The notes under the pieces were generated by a model, which worked only from the letters and a program-made list of their open reading frames with translations, had not been told where the DNA came from and ran no database searches. Both the position numbers and the translations under genes were made by a program. DNA of 64,000 nucleotides, taken from the NCBI GenBank assembly GCA_965198175.1, contig OZ240245.1:3552001-3616000 (forward strand), written 5' to 3'. Below, one piece after another: positions 20,933-30,435 of this stretch (its first letter is position 1; each line of letters opens with the position of its first letter). This DNA is from Candidatus Poribacteria bacterium (GTDB lineage: Bacteria > Poribacteria > WGA-4E > PCPOR2b).

Positions 20933-23062
20933 CTACTGCGCTTGTTGATGCAATGGGAATGTGAACAGAAAGGTACTCCCTTTTCCTTTCTCACTCTCGA
21001 CCCAGATTTTTCCATTGTGCAATTCTACCAATCTCCTGGTTAAGGCAAGTCCCAATCCACTCCCGCTGTGTTCGCGGGATTTCGATGCATCCAATTGTGT
21101 AAATGGTTGAAACAATTTCCCCTGGTCCTCCGGCGTCATTCCCACCCCGGTATCGGTCACTTGGGCCTTCAACTCATTATCGGAAACGCTAAATCTCGTA
21201 GTAACTTGACCGCCTTCCTCCGTAAATTTGGTGGCGTTGGAAAGCAAATTGTAGAGAATCTGTTTGAACTTGACTTTATCCGCCTCAATTGAGACGTCTT
21301 GATCGAATTCAAGTGAGGGCTGTATGTGTTTTTTGTTTGCAAGCGCGTTAACGATGGCATTCACCTCCTCCATCGCCTCCTCGACAGAGAATGTCTCAAG
21401 CTGCAGATCCATTTTTCCCGCTTCGATTTTCGCTAAATCCAGAAGCCCGTTAATCATATTCAAGAGGTGGTGACCGCTGGTGTGTATGTCGCGGATCAAC
21501 TCGTTCTGATCGTCGTTAATGGGACCGAGGATGGCATCCCGCAAAATCTCTGAGAATCCGATAACCGCGTTCAGCGGCGTGCGGAGCTCATGGCTCATGT
21601 TGGTGAGGAATTCGCTCTTGGCGCGGTTGGCATATTCGGCAGCTTCCTTAGCCGCTTGCAATTCTGATTCAGCCCATTTGCGATCTGTAATGTCGGTCAT
21701 GTAGATGCGGATAAGGTTACTTTCTGAGACATGGCAGATTTTCTGCACGTATACGAGACTACCAAGTTCAATCTCACGTGTGAAAGATTCCTCTTTTTCG
21801 CTGTGAAATGAGGCAATGATTGACCGCAAGCCGTCCAGCGTTGGGTGTTCTAGCCCAACTGCATCCAAGCTTGCAAATTGCAATTGTGACGCCGGGTTGA
21901 GATAGGTCACCTGACCATCAAGGTCTGTTTCAATAACAGGGTCAGGGCTCTGCTCGGGCAAAGATGCCAATCGATCGAGTGCTGCCTCGGTTCGTTTATG
22001 TTCTTCAATCTCATTTTGTAAATCCACCGTCTTTTCTTCAATCTCCGTCGCCAACTCGTCGGTATGAATAATTATCCTTCCTGTAAGCGGGCGAAGCAGC
22101 AGCACCATGCCACAGGTGCCGAGTAATGTGAGACCAATAATGACGCTGCTGATTACAAGAATCTGGCGGTTGATTGGAGAGTAAAGTTCATCCCTATCCT
22201 GCTTGGCAAGTATGCCCCACGTGGCAAGTATACCCGATTCTGCTTGTTGAATCGAGCTGTATGCAATAACAACTGGGGTATTTGGGAATTTGTCAGGGTT
22301 TATTATCCCAAATCCGCCGCGTGAGGCGCCTTTGAGTGCGAACCCAATCGGGGAATCCTTGGGGACAGTTCCTGTAGGGGTGCTTTTATTGCCTCGTAAC
22401 GGAAAGAACAGCTTAACTCCACGATCTGTATATTTCCCCAGAATAATTTCCCCCGTGTCTCCCATCCCGGTGTAATTTTTCACAAGGTTTTGCAACCTCG
22501 AAATTTTGAACAAAACCAAGTCAGTTCCGACGCGCTGCAGTTCTGCTCCGAAAATCGGGGCGCTGACAACAATATAGGATACGTCATTCAAGGAAATTGG
22601 GCCGTGAACAACCATGCCTCTAAATCTTCCAGCGTATGAGGGCCACTCCTTTCCCGGTATCGGCAATCCGACCTGAACAACCGGTTCACCTTTTGCATCG
22701 AGCCGAACAATTCCAGCCACGACCTCGGAAGTACGCATCGCATCATTCAATATGTTTCCGCTAAAACGCACCAAAACTTCGCGCTTCACTGTCCCTTTGT
22801 TATAGGCATCAAGTTGTTCGCGGGCTTCAGTTCGGCTAGTAATTTGCCGCGCGATATCCTTTACCCGAGACAGATATTCCTCAACGGCTATGCGTCGCGT
22901 ATTTACCGTTTGAATGAGATTCTTTTCCCCCGCTTCTTTGAGCAATCCGTAAAACCGAAGGATACTCACGAAGGAGACGATTAAGCCAATCGCGCAGATC
23001 CCTAGCGCTGAATACGCAATAATAGATTTCTGCAGTCGTTTTGAGATATCTCTATCCATCAT
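20933..23062 (-). CDS. Membrane sensor histidine kinase (Cache-like extracytoplasmic domain, PAS, HisKA, HATPase_c)
   Basis: Two TM segments flank a sensor region. PAS-like PEQSPDPVIETDLDGQVTYLNP; H-box NMSHELRTPLNA; NLLSNATKFT, DTGVG and GSGLGL. Confidence 0.93.
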   Translation of the reverse strand: MMDRDISKRLQKSIIAYSALGICAIGLIVSFVSILRFYGLLKEAGEKNLIQTVNTRRIAVEEYLSRVKDIARQITSRTEAREQLDAYNKGTVKREVLVRFSGNILNDAMRTSEVVAGIVRLDAKGEPVVQVGLPIPGKEWPSYAGRFRGMVVHGPISLNDVSYIVVSAPIFGAELQRVGTDLVLFKISRLQNLVKNYTGMGDTGEIILGKYTDRGVKLFFPLRGNKSTPTGTVPKDSPIGFALKGASRGGFGIINPDKFPNTPVVIAYSSIQQAESGILATWGILAKQDRDELYSPINRQILVISSVIIGLTLLGTCGMVLLLRPLTGRIIIHTDELATEIEEKTVDLQNEIEEHKRTEAALDRLASLPEQSPDPVIETDLDGQVTYLNPASQLQFASLDAVGLEHPTLDGLRSIIASFHSEKEESFTREIELGSLVYVQKICHVSESNLIRIYMTDITDRKWAESELQAAKEAAEYANRAKSEFLTNMSHELRTPLNAVIGFSEILRDAILGPINDDQNELIRDIHTSGHHLLNMINGLLDLAKIEAGKMDLQLETFSVEEAMEEVNAIVNALANKKHIQPSLEFDQDVSIEADKVKFKQILYNLLSNATKFTEEGGQVTTRFSVSDNELKAQVTDTGVGMTPEDQGKLFQPFTQLDASKSREHSGSGLGLALTRRLVELHNGKIWVESEKGKGSTFLFTFPLHQQAQ

Positions 23063-23190
23063 GACTCCCGCATTCAGTAAAACGCCATTGCAACAATCGT
23101 CAATTTAGGAGGTGTGGCGTTCCCGAGCAGGCCTCCTCTTCTGAATTAGCCAATAGGCGGACTGACATGGCGAATCTGCAATCCCACAGG

Positions 23191-25002
23191 TCACTTCTTC
23201 TTAAGCACCATTAGCGTTAAATCATCGAATGGATTGGCTTCCCCTTGGAATTCTAGGACAGCATTGTAGATTGCCGTGCAAATCTCGTTGGCAGTTGCAT
23301 GTCGTCGCCCCTTCACCAGTTCAACTAAGCGCGCTTCTCCATACATTTCATTGTCGATATTCAAAGTTTCGGTCACGCCATCGGTGTAAAGTAGAACCGT
23401 GTCCCCACTAGACAACAGAGTTGTTTCCTGTTCATATTCTACAATCTGACGAAGCATGTCGTCCGGATACATTCCCAAAACTAGACCGCCTTTCTCCAAG
23501 CGCTTAATACTGCCATCGCGTCGAACAACCAGCGCAAGGTTGTGTCCCGCATCAATTGAGGTCAGTACGCCCTTTTCTGGATTCAACTTTGCGTAAACAA
23601 GGGTTGCATAGGTGTCAGTTGTACTCCCTTCATAAAGTAGAGAATTGAGAGCTGTCGCCATTGTCCGCAAATCTCTGTGTCTCGCTACTTCTGCGCGTAG
23701 CCCCATCCGAAGCATCGCCATAAGCAGCGCAGCTTGCATGCCTTTACCACAAACATCAGCAACCGCAAGTCCCCACGATCCATCTGGTTCTCGAATATAA
23801 TCGAAATAATCTCCCCCAACTTCATCGTGATGGGGAACACTTAATCCGACGACCTCGTAGCCGGGGATTTCAGGTGATGCGGACGGGATTAGGTTTTTCT
23901 GTATTTTTGACGCTTCTTCAATTTCTGTTTGTAGTCGGCGTCGTTCGAGGGCTTCTTGATAAAGCCGCGCATTTTCTATGATGACCCCCGCTTGATTGGC
24001 GAAGGCTTCCAGCAAAATTCCATCTCTAGGCGTAAAGTCCACTATAATCCTATTCTTCTCCTCTTTATCATATACAACCAACACGCCCAGGATCTCACGT
24101 CCAAAAATTGGAACGATCATGAGATTCGTTCCACCGAACAACTCCGCTTCTTTTTCGCCGTTGCGAATGAGCGTTTTGCCATGTAGTGCCACTTCGCGGA
24201 GCAGGGAAATCGCGGGATGAGCTGCTCGATTGTCTTGAAGGGAAATCGAAAGGTCTTCCAATTCAGGATTGGGCTCTACCTCCATAGTGAAACTGCTTTT
24301 CATCTCAAGCCATTGGCTCATCGAATTCATAAGCAGTAAACAACCACCACGGGCATCCAAGAGACTTACAGCGTGGTGAACTATTTCACTCTCAAGACGC
24401 ACCGTGTCCAATAACTTGCCCATCTGGGCAGCGATATCGGACAGCAGAAAGAGCCGAAACTTGGCAGTTCTCATCTCTTCCAACACTCGTGAATGCGCAA
24501 TCTCTCTTGACACAAAGTCGGCTAGCACAGCTACAAGTTCTCGATTCCAGGATGCCATCTCAATGCGGTTGGGAGATGTGCCTAGACTGAGAATGCCGAA
24601 AAAATCTTCGCCAATTTTTAACGGAGCCCAAAGGTGTGCGCTAAGGATATCCAACTGAGGTCGAATGCTGTCAAAAAACGGCTCCAAGGCAAGAGGAGGA
24701 TGTGAAAGATCGAGCACCGGGGATTGAATCATGACGGCAATCTCATCGGGATGAACCGAAATAACGAGTGATTCATCTTCGATATTGATTGACGATTCGA
24801 TGGCTAGTTGGCTAGTTGTTGGATGGAAACGAAAAATTGCCCCTTTGGTCACACTCAGTGTTTCAAGGACTATCCGCAAATATGCTTGACTCGAGGCGCT
24901 AAAGTTGCCCTGACCGGAAACAATTGCCTCGCCGAGATGTTCAAGCTCAGACAGACTGAGAACTAGTCGTCGTATGGTTTCTTCAGCAGAATCAGGTTGC
25001 AT
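23191..25002 (-). CDS. GAF-GAF-PP2C (SpoIIE/RsbU-like) serine phosphatase, copy 2
   Basis: FANQAGVIIENARLY at the GAF end; VGGDYFD, ADVCGKG, YTDGVTE and DDLTL. Confidence 0.92.
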   Translation of the reverse strand: MQPDSAEETIRRLVLSLSELEHLGEAIVSGQGNFSASSQAYLRIVLETLSVTKGAIFRFHPTTSQLAIESSINIEDESLVISVHPDEIAVMIQSPVLDLSHPPLALEPFFDSIRPQLDILSAHLWAPLKIGEDFFGILSLGTSPNRIEMASWNRELVAVLADFVSREIAHSRVLEEMRTAKFRLFLLSDIAAQMGKLLDTVRLESEIVHHAVSLLDARGGCLLLMNSMSQWLEMKSSFTMEVEPNPELEDLSISLQDNRAAHPAISLLREVALHGKTLIRNGEKEAELFGGTNLMIVPIFGREILGVLVVYDKEEKNRIIVDFTPRDGILLEAFANQAGVIIENARLYQEALERRRLQTEIEEASKIQKNLIPSASPEIPGYEVVGLSVPHHDEVGGDYFDYIREPDGSWGLAVADVCGKGMQAALLMAMLRMGLRAEVARHRDLRTMATALNSLLYEGSTTDTYATLVYAKLNPEKGVLTSIDAGHNLALVVRRDGSIKRLEKGGLVLGMYPDDMLRQIVEYEQETTLLSSGDTVLLYTDGVTETLNIDNEMYGEARLVELVKGRRHATANEICTAIYNAVLEFQGEANPFDDLTLMVLKKK

Positions 25003-25098
25003 CTTAGCATCTCTATTCTATTTAGGCAGATTGGATGTGCAAAAGAAGCTAGCTTTAATCTTCTCCAGATGTCTTCTCATCGTTCCCCATAAGGGCAA

Positions 25099-25449
25099 TT
25101 ATCCGTCCGATGTAAGCGATGTAATCGCTTCATCTTCACTATCAAAGTGTTCAAAGACGCTGATTAGTCGACTTCTAACAATAAGGTTCTTGATGTTCGC
25201 ACCAACGTTGATGACCGCAATTCGTCCCTTCTTACGCACAACAGATACATGTGTCCCCATGAGCGTTCCGAGCCCCGAACTATCAAGCATCGAAACGTCG
25301 GCAAAATCTATCAGAAATTTGGGCGTATCAGAAACGTTAGCAAGTTGCTCATCAATTGTCTTTCTGAGATCGCTGACAGCGGAGCCAATGATTTTACCAT
25401 TGGGCGTTAAAATGATGACACTATCACGATGACTAACATTAATTTTCAT
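25099..25449 (-). CDS. STAS-domain anti-sigma-factor antagonist
   Basis: FLIDFADVSMLDSSGLGTL (DSSG phospho-Ser motif). AGGAG RBS. Confidence 0.92.
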   Translation of the reverse strand: MKINVSHRDSVIILTPNGKIIGSAVSDLRKTIDEQLANVSDTPKFLIDFADVSMLDSSGLGTLMGTHVSVVRKKGRIAVINVGANIKNLIVRSRLISVFEHFDSEDEAITSLTSDG

Positions 25450-25677
25450 TAGTATTTTCTCCTAAAGTGTATTCCTAATCTATGGGGAATTATGCTGTTT
25501 GAGCGATGCCGGAATGTGGAAGGAGCGCACACGCTAACTGTCCTGAATTGTTTATCAAATCACTTGGCGATTGTCGTTCCACATTGACTTCCGCTATTTT
25601 AAATGATACACAGCTTTTTGTCAAGTTTCCAATTCCCTTATCATGTACTTTATGCGATTCATCGCGGTTCACGGCGA

Positions 25678-27477
25678 TTATGTTTTCTTAAGAACCATCA
25701 GCGTTAGATCGTCAAACTGCTGGGCTTCGCCTTGGAATTCCAACACCGCATTGTGTATTGTGTCGCAAATCTCCCTTGCACCTCGGCGACGCACCTGGCT
25801 CGCAAGATGTTCCAACCGTTTCTCTCCATAGAGGTCATTGTCGATGTTGAATGTCTCGGTCACACCATCGGTGTAAAACAAAACGATGTCCCCACTGTCA
25901 AGTTGAATCGTCTCCTGCTCATACGTCGTAACCTGATGAATCATATCGTCGGGAAACATCCCTAACATCACCCCACCGATTTCTAGCTGTTCTAGACTCC
26001 CATCACTCCGAACGACCACGGGATAGTTGTGTCCGGCATTGATGGAAGTCAATACACCGGTTTCTGGATGTAACTGCGCGTAGAAGAAGGTTGCGAATTT
26101 TCCGATTGTGCTGCTCTCATAAAGCAGCGAATTCAAGGCGATCGCCATGCTCGGCAGATCTTTTCGCCGTGCCACCTCTGAGAGCAAGCCGGCTCGCAGC
26201 GTTGCCATCAGTAGAGCAGCCTGCATGCCTTTGCCGGAGACATCGGCAATTGCGAGTCCCCAACACTCATTGGGCTCCCGAATGTAATCGTAGTAATCTC
26301 CGCCAACGTCCCCTCGAGGTATAGAAATCCCTGCGAGTTCGTAACCGGGAATTTCAGGTGGCGCATCTGGGAGAAGGTTTCTCTGGATTTTTTCTGCCTC
26401 TTCCATTTCTGCTTGCAGCCGACGCCGCTCGAGCGCTTCCTGGTAAAGGCGGGCATTTTCGATAATCACGCCTGCTTGGTTGGCAAAGGCTTCAAGCAAA
26501 ATCCTATCCTCAGAAGTGACGTCCCGCGAAATGCCGCCACGACCCTCCTTATCGCACACAATGAGAACCCCCAAAATCTCCTCACGCCCAAAAATTGGAG
26601 TAGCTATCAGGTTCGCCTTGCCGAACGGTGCAGCCATTTTCTCATCATTGCACATCAGCGTTTTCCCGTCGGTTGCGACCTTGTTAATCATGGATTGTGT
26701 ACATGGCACATCCATGCCGCTCGAAATCGCCTGCAGGCTGGAGTCGAGAGCTGGATCAAGGTTAAGGTAGCTTTTTATCTCAAGTCGCTGACTAAAAGGA
26801 TCAATGAGCAGTAAACAGCCCGCACTGGCGTCCAATAGCGTGACCGCATGGCTCACGATTTCCTCGTCCAGACGCTCCGTGTCCAACTGTTTGTAAATCT
26901 GGGTCGTAATATCAGAAAGGAGAAAGAGATGAAACTTATCGGCACGCATCTCATCCATCAAACGTGAATATGCAATTGCAATCGAGGTTTGGTTGGCTAA
27001 TACACTTAACACGCCCCGTGCCCACGATTCTATTCTCACTCCGGTCAGAGTTGGGCCAAGACTGATGACACCCAGAAGTTCGTCACGGATTTTTAGTGGT
27101 GCCCAGAGGTGGGCGCTAAGGATTTGTAGTTGCGGCTGGATTCTGTTGAAAAATGGCTTGAGCTGGTCGGGTGGCTGAGAAATCTCAACCATTGAGGATT
27201 GAAGTATGACGGGCACTTCGTCGGGAATCACGGGAATAACTAGCGATTCATTATTGAGGTTAATCGCCGCTTCAATCGATAAATGGCTCTCCCCCGGATT
27301 GAAGGATAAAATCGCGCCTTTGGTTGCCCCTAATGTTCCGAGAATCACCCGCAGATACGTTTTACTCGACACATTAAAGTTGCCTCCGCCAGAAAGGATT
27401 GTCGCACCAAGCTGCTCAAGCTCTGACAGACTGAACGTTAGCCGTTGTATGGTCTCTTCGGCAGAATCAGGTTGCAT
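25678..27477 (-). CDS. GAF-GAF-PP2C (SpoIIE/RsbU-like) serine phosphatase, copy 1
   Basis: Same MQPDSAEETI start as the paralog at 23191-25002; VGGDYYD, ADVSGKG, YTDGVTE and DDLTL. Confidence 0.92.
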   Translation of the reverse strand: MQPDSAEETIQRLTFSLSELEQLGATILSGGGNFNVSSKTYLRVILGTLGATKGAILSFNPGESHLSIEAAINLNNESLVIPVIPDEVPVILQSSMVEISQPPDQLKPFFNRIQPQLQILSAHLWAPLKIRDELLGVISLGPTLTGVRIESWARGVLSVLANQTSIAIAYSRLMDEMRADKFHLFLLSDITTQIYKQLDTERLDEEIVSHAVTLLDASAGCLLLIDPFSQRLEIKSYLNLDPALDSSLQAISSGMDVPCTQSMINKVATDGKTLMCNDEKMAAPFGKANLIATPIFGREEILGVLIVCDKEGRGGISRDVTSEDRILLEAFANQAGVIIENARLYQEALERRRLQAEMEEAEKIQRNLLPDAPPEIPGYELAGISIPRGDVGGDYYDYIREPNECWGLAIADVSGKGMQAALLMATLRAGLLSEVARRKDLPSMAIALNSLLYESSTIGKFATFFYAQLHPETGVLTSINAGHNYPVVVRSDGSLEQLEIGGVMLGMFPDDMIHQVTTYEQETIQLDSGDIVLFYTDGVTETFNIDNDLYGEKRLEHLASQVRRRGAREICDTIHNAVLEFQGEAQQFDDLTLMVLKKT

Positions 27478-27768
27478 CCTTTCCCCCCTCGCGCATTTAG
27501 GCGGAATCCGGAGTGTGTACCCCATGCGGACAAGCGATTGCCTTCCTCCGCTGGCAACGTAGATAGCGTCACCTGAATCGGTTGAAGCCAAATGGCATCT
27601 GGCAGCCAAATGCTGGAACTCAGTTAGAATGATACCACATCATACCTGCGAAACACAATGTACATTTAGCAGTAGCAGGGCGCTTCAAGTGTGATGGTAA
27701 CATAACAGGCATTGGCCGCGGTTCTCGACCGACTGCCAGTCAAGGGGAGATGAAGCGGTCAAAATCGG

Positions 27769-27799
27769 TTGACAAAGCCCCCAAAAACCGTGCTATAAT
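27769..27799 (+). promoter_or_regulatory. Sigma70-type promoter with consensus hexamers and an extended -10
   Basis: TTGACA (27769-74), 19-nt spacer ending in TGC, TATAAT (27794-99). Confidence 0.6.
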
Positions 27800-27901
27800 G
27801 TTATGCGCCTTGCCTGCGATTTCTGGGGTTGCTTCGGGGTGACACGCAGGTTGAAGTTGCTGGCATCCTATAAATCTTCCAAAGTCCAAAAGGAGTTGCC
27901 C

Positions 27902-28675
27902 ATGTATCGTTTATCTGTGTCTGCAGGTACGGTCCTGCAAAACATGCCGTTCGAACAGCGCGTTAGAGAGATTGCTCAGGCGGGGTTTCTCGTTGATTTC
28001 TGGGGTTCAGACGAGAGCGCTATTGACCAAATCGCCGCTGATCCCAATATCGAGGTCAACGCGATACCGGGGTCAATGGGTGGGAGTATGGTACATCCCG
28101 ATGGCGTCGCGTTGTTTATGGACGGGGTTCAAAAATGCCTCGACCTAGCTGGAAGGCTGAACTGCCGGAACCTGTGCCTTCTGACCGGCGAATTTGACGA
28201 AAGCGGCTACGTCGTGCATCCCATTGCAGCGCATCCGGCTACGATGTGGATTACCGCTTACAAGACACTCTGCCAAGTGGCGGAACTCGCAGAAAAGCAC
28301 GATACTGTGTACCACGTGGAACAACTGAACATAAAGGTCGATCACGCCGGATATCCGTTCCCAAATACTGCGGATGTCACGAATCTACTTGACGAAGTTG
28401 CAAGTCCGCGAATTAAACTCCTTTGCGATCTCTATCACATGCAGATCCAGCAGGGCAACGTCATCCAGACCGTTCGCGACTATTACGATTACATCGGCAA
28501 TTTGCACGTGGCTGATGTGCCTGGGCGACACGAACCCGGCACCGGCGAGATGAATTATCCAGGAATTGTCCGCGTCTTGCGTGAGTTAAACTATGATGGG
28601 GTTATCGGCTTGGAAGCTTTTCCAAAAGGCGACGATATCGAGGCGATGGCTCGCTTCCGCGAGATTTTTGCATGA
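27902..28675 (+). CDS. Hydroxypyruvate isomerase-like TIM-barrel protein
   Basis: EQLN, DLYHMQIQQGN, HVADVPGRHEPGTGEMNY and GLEAFP. AAGGAG RBS before ATG 27902. Confidence 0.9.
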   Translation: MYRLSVSAGTVLQNMPFEQRVREIAQAGFLVDFWGSDESAIDQIAADPNIEVNAIPGSMGGSMVHPDGVALFMDGVQKCLDLAGRLNCRNLCLLTGEFDESGYVVHPIAAHPATMWITAYKTLCQVAELAEKHDTVYHVEQLNIKVDHAGYPFPNTADVTNLLDEVASPRIKLLCDLYHMQIQQGNVIQTVRDYYDYIGNLHVADVPGRHEPGTGEMNYPGIVRVLRELNYDGVIGLEAFPKGDDIEAMARFREIFA

Positions 28676-29008
28676 TAGTCGAGAACGTGGTTAGCACAGC
28701 CCACCAATCGATCACATTTGCACCGGCGCAGCCCCAGTGTGCGCATCCAGCACCTGCGCGGAACTCGCAGGAATTGACGATGCCTTTTTGATGATTACCG
28801 CATTGGTTGGATTAAGCGTTGAGTTTTGCTACAAATATCATTCTCCATCGCGATTCGTTTTTGGCAGTTCAACGAAACCTACGGGTTGTTACTCCACTTC
28901 CTTGTTTGGGGTGCACTTAGTGTCCTGAGTGTGATCATACCACTTTACGTTAAGAAAGTCGTATGAAAATTTGGGGCAATCTGTGTAATTGAGTAGCTAA
29001 ATATGTAT

Positions 29009-29770
29009 TTAAAACTGTTCGTATAGCTCCGCGCGGCTGCGGCCCAAACGACCAGGACACAGCCGTTGCATTTCCAGCGGCATGCGCGCGTATGTCTCGG
29101 GCCAAACCGGCTGATGGCATCCCTCGGCCCAGTTGTTGAACCAGCGCGGGCAGTAGCCTGAATTTAGTCCGACACGAATTTCGTTGGAGGTGTTGGCGCG
29201 CGACATGTGGTATAGCCCGCCGTGCCACAGCATCACCGTACCGGGGCGTCCAGTGATAGGCTTGATTAGCGGGCTGTCTGGGGTGATGTCCGGTGGTGGT
29301 CCATGCAAGCGCGAACGGTGGCTCATCGGCACCAGGCCTGTCGCACCGTTCTCTACGGTAAACTCCGTCAACATCCACATGCCGTTGATCATCCACGGCA
29401 CACTGGGAACCACGGCGAAGGTGCTGGCGGAATCAACGTGCAGTGGGCCATGCGGCGCACCGGGCCAGGTTGGCTTGGAACACGCATCGGGCACCCGGCA
29501 TTTTGGTCCTAGAAAATGCTGCGCGATTGCAACTGTGTCCGGATGACTGGCACAGGTCCAGACTCGGTCGTCCAGGTTCAGCATACCAAACAGTGTCTGA
29601 TAGTATTGGTCACCTATCTTGTAGGGATGCCACATCGGGTCAGCATGCAATTCGAGGAATCGATCAGCCATGCTCAGTGCCAGGTCCTCGGGGATGCGAT
29701 CTTCCAGCACGCAGTAGCCGTAGATGGTAAGATGATCAATTGCGGCTTTAAGGTCATCCTTCATAGACAT
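29009..29770 (-). CDS. Phytanoyl-CoA dioxygenase (PhyH) family protein
   Basis: YGYCVLED, HVD iron motif, MLTEFTVENGATGLVPMSH, distal His (LYHMSRAN). GGAGG RBS. Confidence 0.9.
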   Translation of the reverse strand: MSMKDDLKAAIDHLTIYGYCVLEDRIPEDLALSMADRFLELHADPMWHPYKIGDQYYQTLFGMLNLDDRVWTCASHPDTVAIAQHFLGPKCRVPDACSKPTWPGAPHGPLHVDSASTFAVVPSVPWMINGMWMLTEFTVENGATGLVPMSHRSRLHGPPPDITPDSPLIKPITGRPGTVMLWHGGLYHMSRANTSNEIRVGLNSGYCPRWFNNWAEGCHQPVWPETYARMPLEMQRLCPGRLGRSRAELYEQF

Positions 29771-29816
29771 CTGCTTTTCCTCCATCCAATAAATTTTGAC
29801 AATCAATAAGCATCAA

Positions 29817-29841
29817 GGGCAACCACGAGGGTCGCCCCTCC
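29817..29841. repeat. REP-like imperfect palindrome
   Basis: GGGCAACC-ACGAG-GGTCGCCC (7/8 arms) followed by CTCC. On the minus strand it reads GGAG-GGGCGACC..., resembling GTAG-type REPs. Confidence 0.5.
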
Positions 29842-30098
29842 AAATTACGCCGCATAAACGGAAAAATACATTCGGTGGTTCAAATACCCATCTTAATGCA
29901 TTGGCACTCCAAAATGACGTCATAAGGTTAATACCTCTTCTTCAGGCTGCCCCAGCGAGTTTGGCTGATGGATAAACCGCCTTTGCTGGCTATGAGCCAC
30001 GGCAAACTGGCAAAATTAGTTAAGAGAAGTCAAGCAAGTTCGCACTCCAGTGTTTTACAATCAAGCACATTTGCTGCTTGCGATAAAAGCATTATCAA

Positions 30099-30428
30099 CT
30101 ATTTCGCTTCCGATTTTTCTGATTCGTTGGACTTAGCGGACTCCGCGCCATTGCCGTTTTTTGCGTACCCACTCTGCAGCACCCACATCGTGAAATCCTC
30201 CGGCTTACCACCCTCTTTTTTAAACTTTTCATTCCATTCCCTTTGTCAGGTTACATATAGATTATAACTGAACTTACCCCCAATGTTTAGACTGTCATGC
30301 TTGACCATTAAGGTGTAAAGGCTACGCATCAACACCAAATATTGTTGGAAATACAACTCGTGAGGTGTTTTAGTATTGAGCGGTGCGTGAAAACCCTCTG
30401 TGTCTATAATGGGCAAGAGAATTGTCAC
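30099..30428 (-). pseudogene. Probable gene remnant with an internal TGA
   Basis: The 60-aa ORF continues in frame past TGA (30246-48) as QREWNEKFKKEGGKPEDFTMWVLQSGYAK... to TAG 30099-101. It begins 8 nt after the res stop. No family recognised. Confidence 0.35.
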
Positions 30429-30435
30429 TTGACGG

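Noticed and set aside
20933..20935. Pyrrolysine recoding of the TAG
   Set aside because: No pyl genes in the window, and the downstream peptide looks eroded rather than a functional domain.
20776..21015. 79-aa minus-strand ORF overlapping the kinase 3' end
   Set aside because: Not protein-like. The in-frame continuation of the kinase explains the region better.
27478..27609. 44-aa N-terminal extension of the PP2C phosphatase
   Set aside because: The paralog starts at the identical MQPDSAEE, and a G/A-rich RBS precedes ATG 27477.
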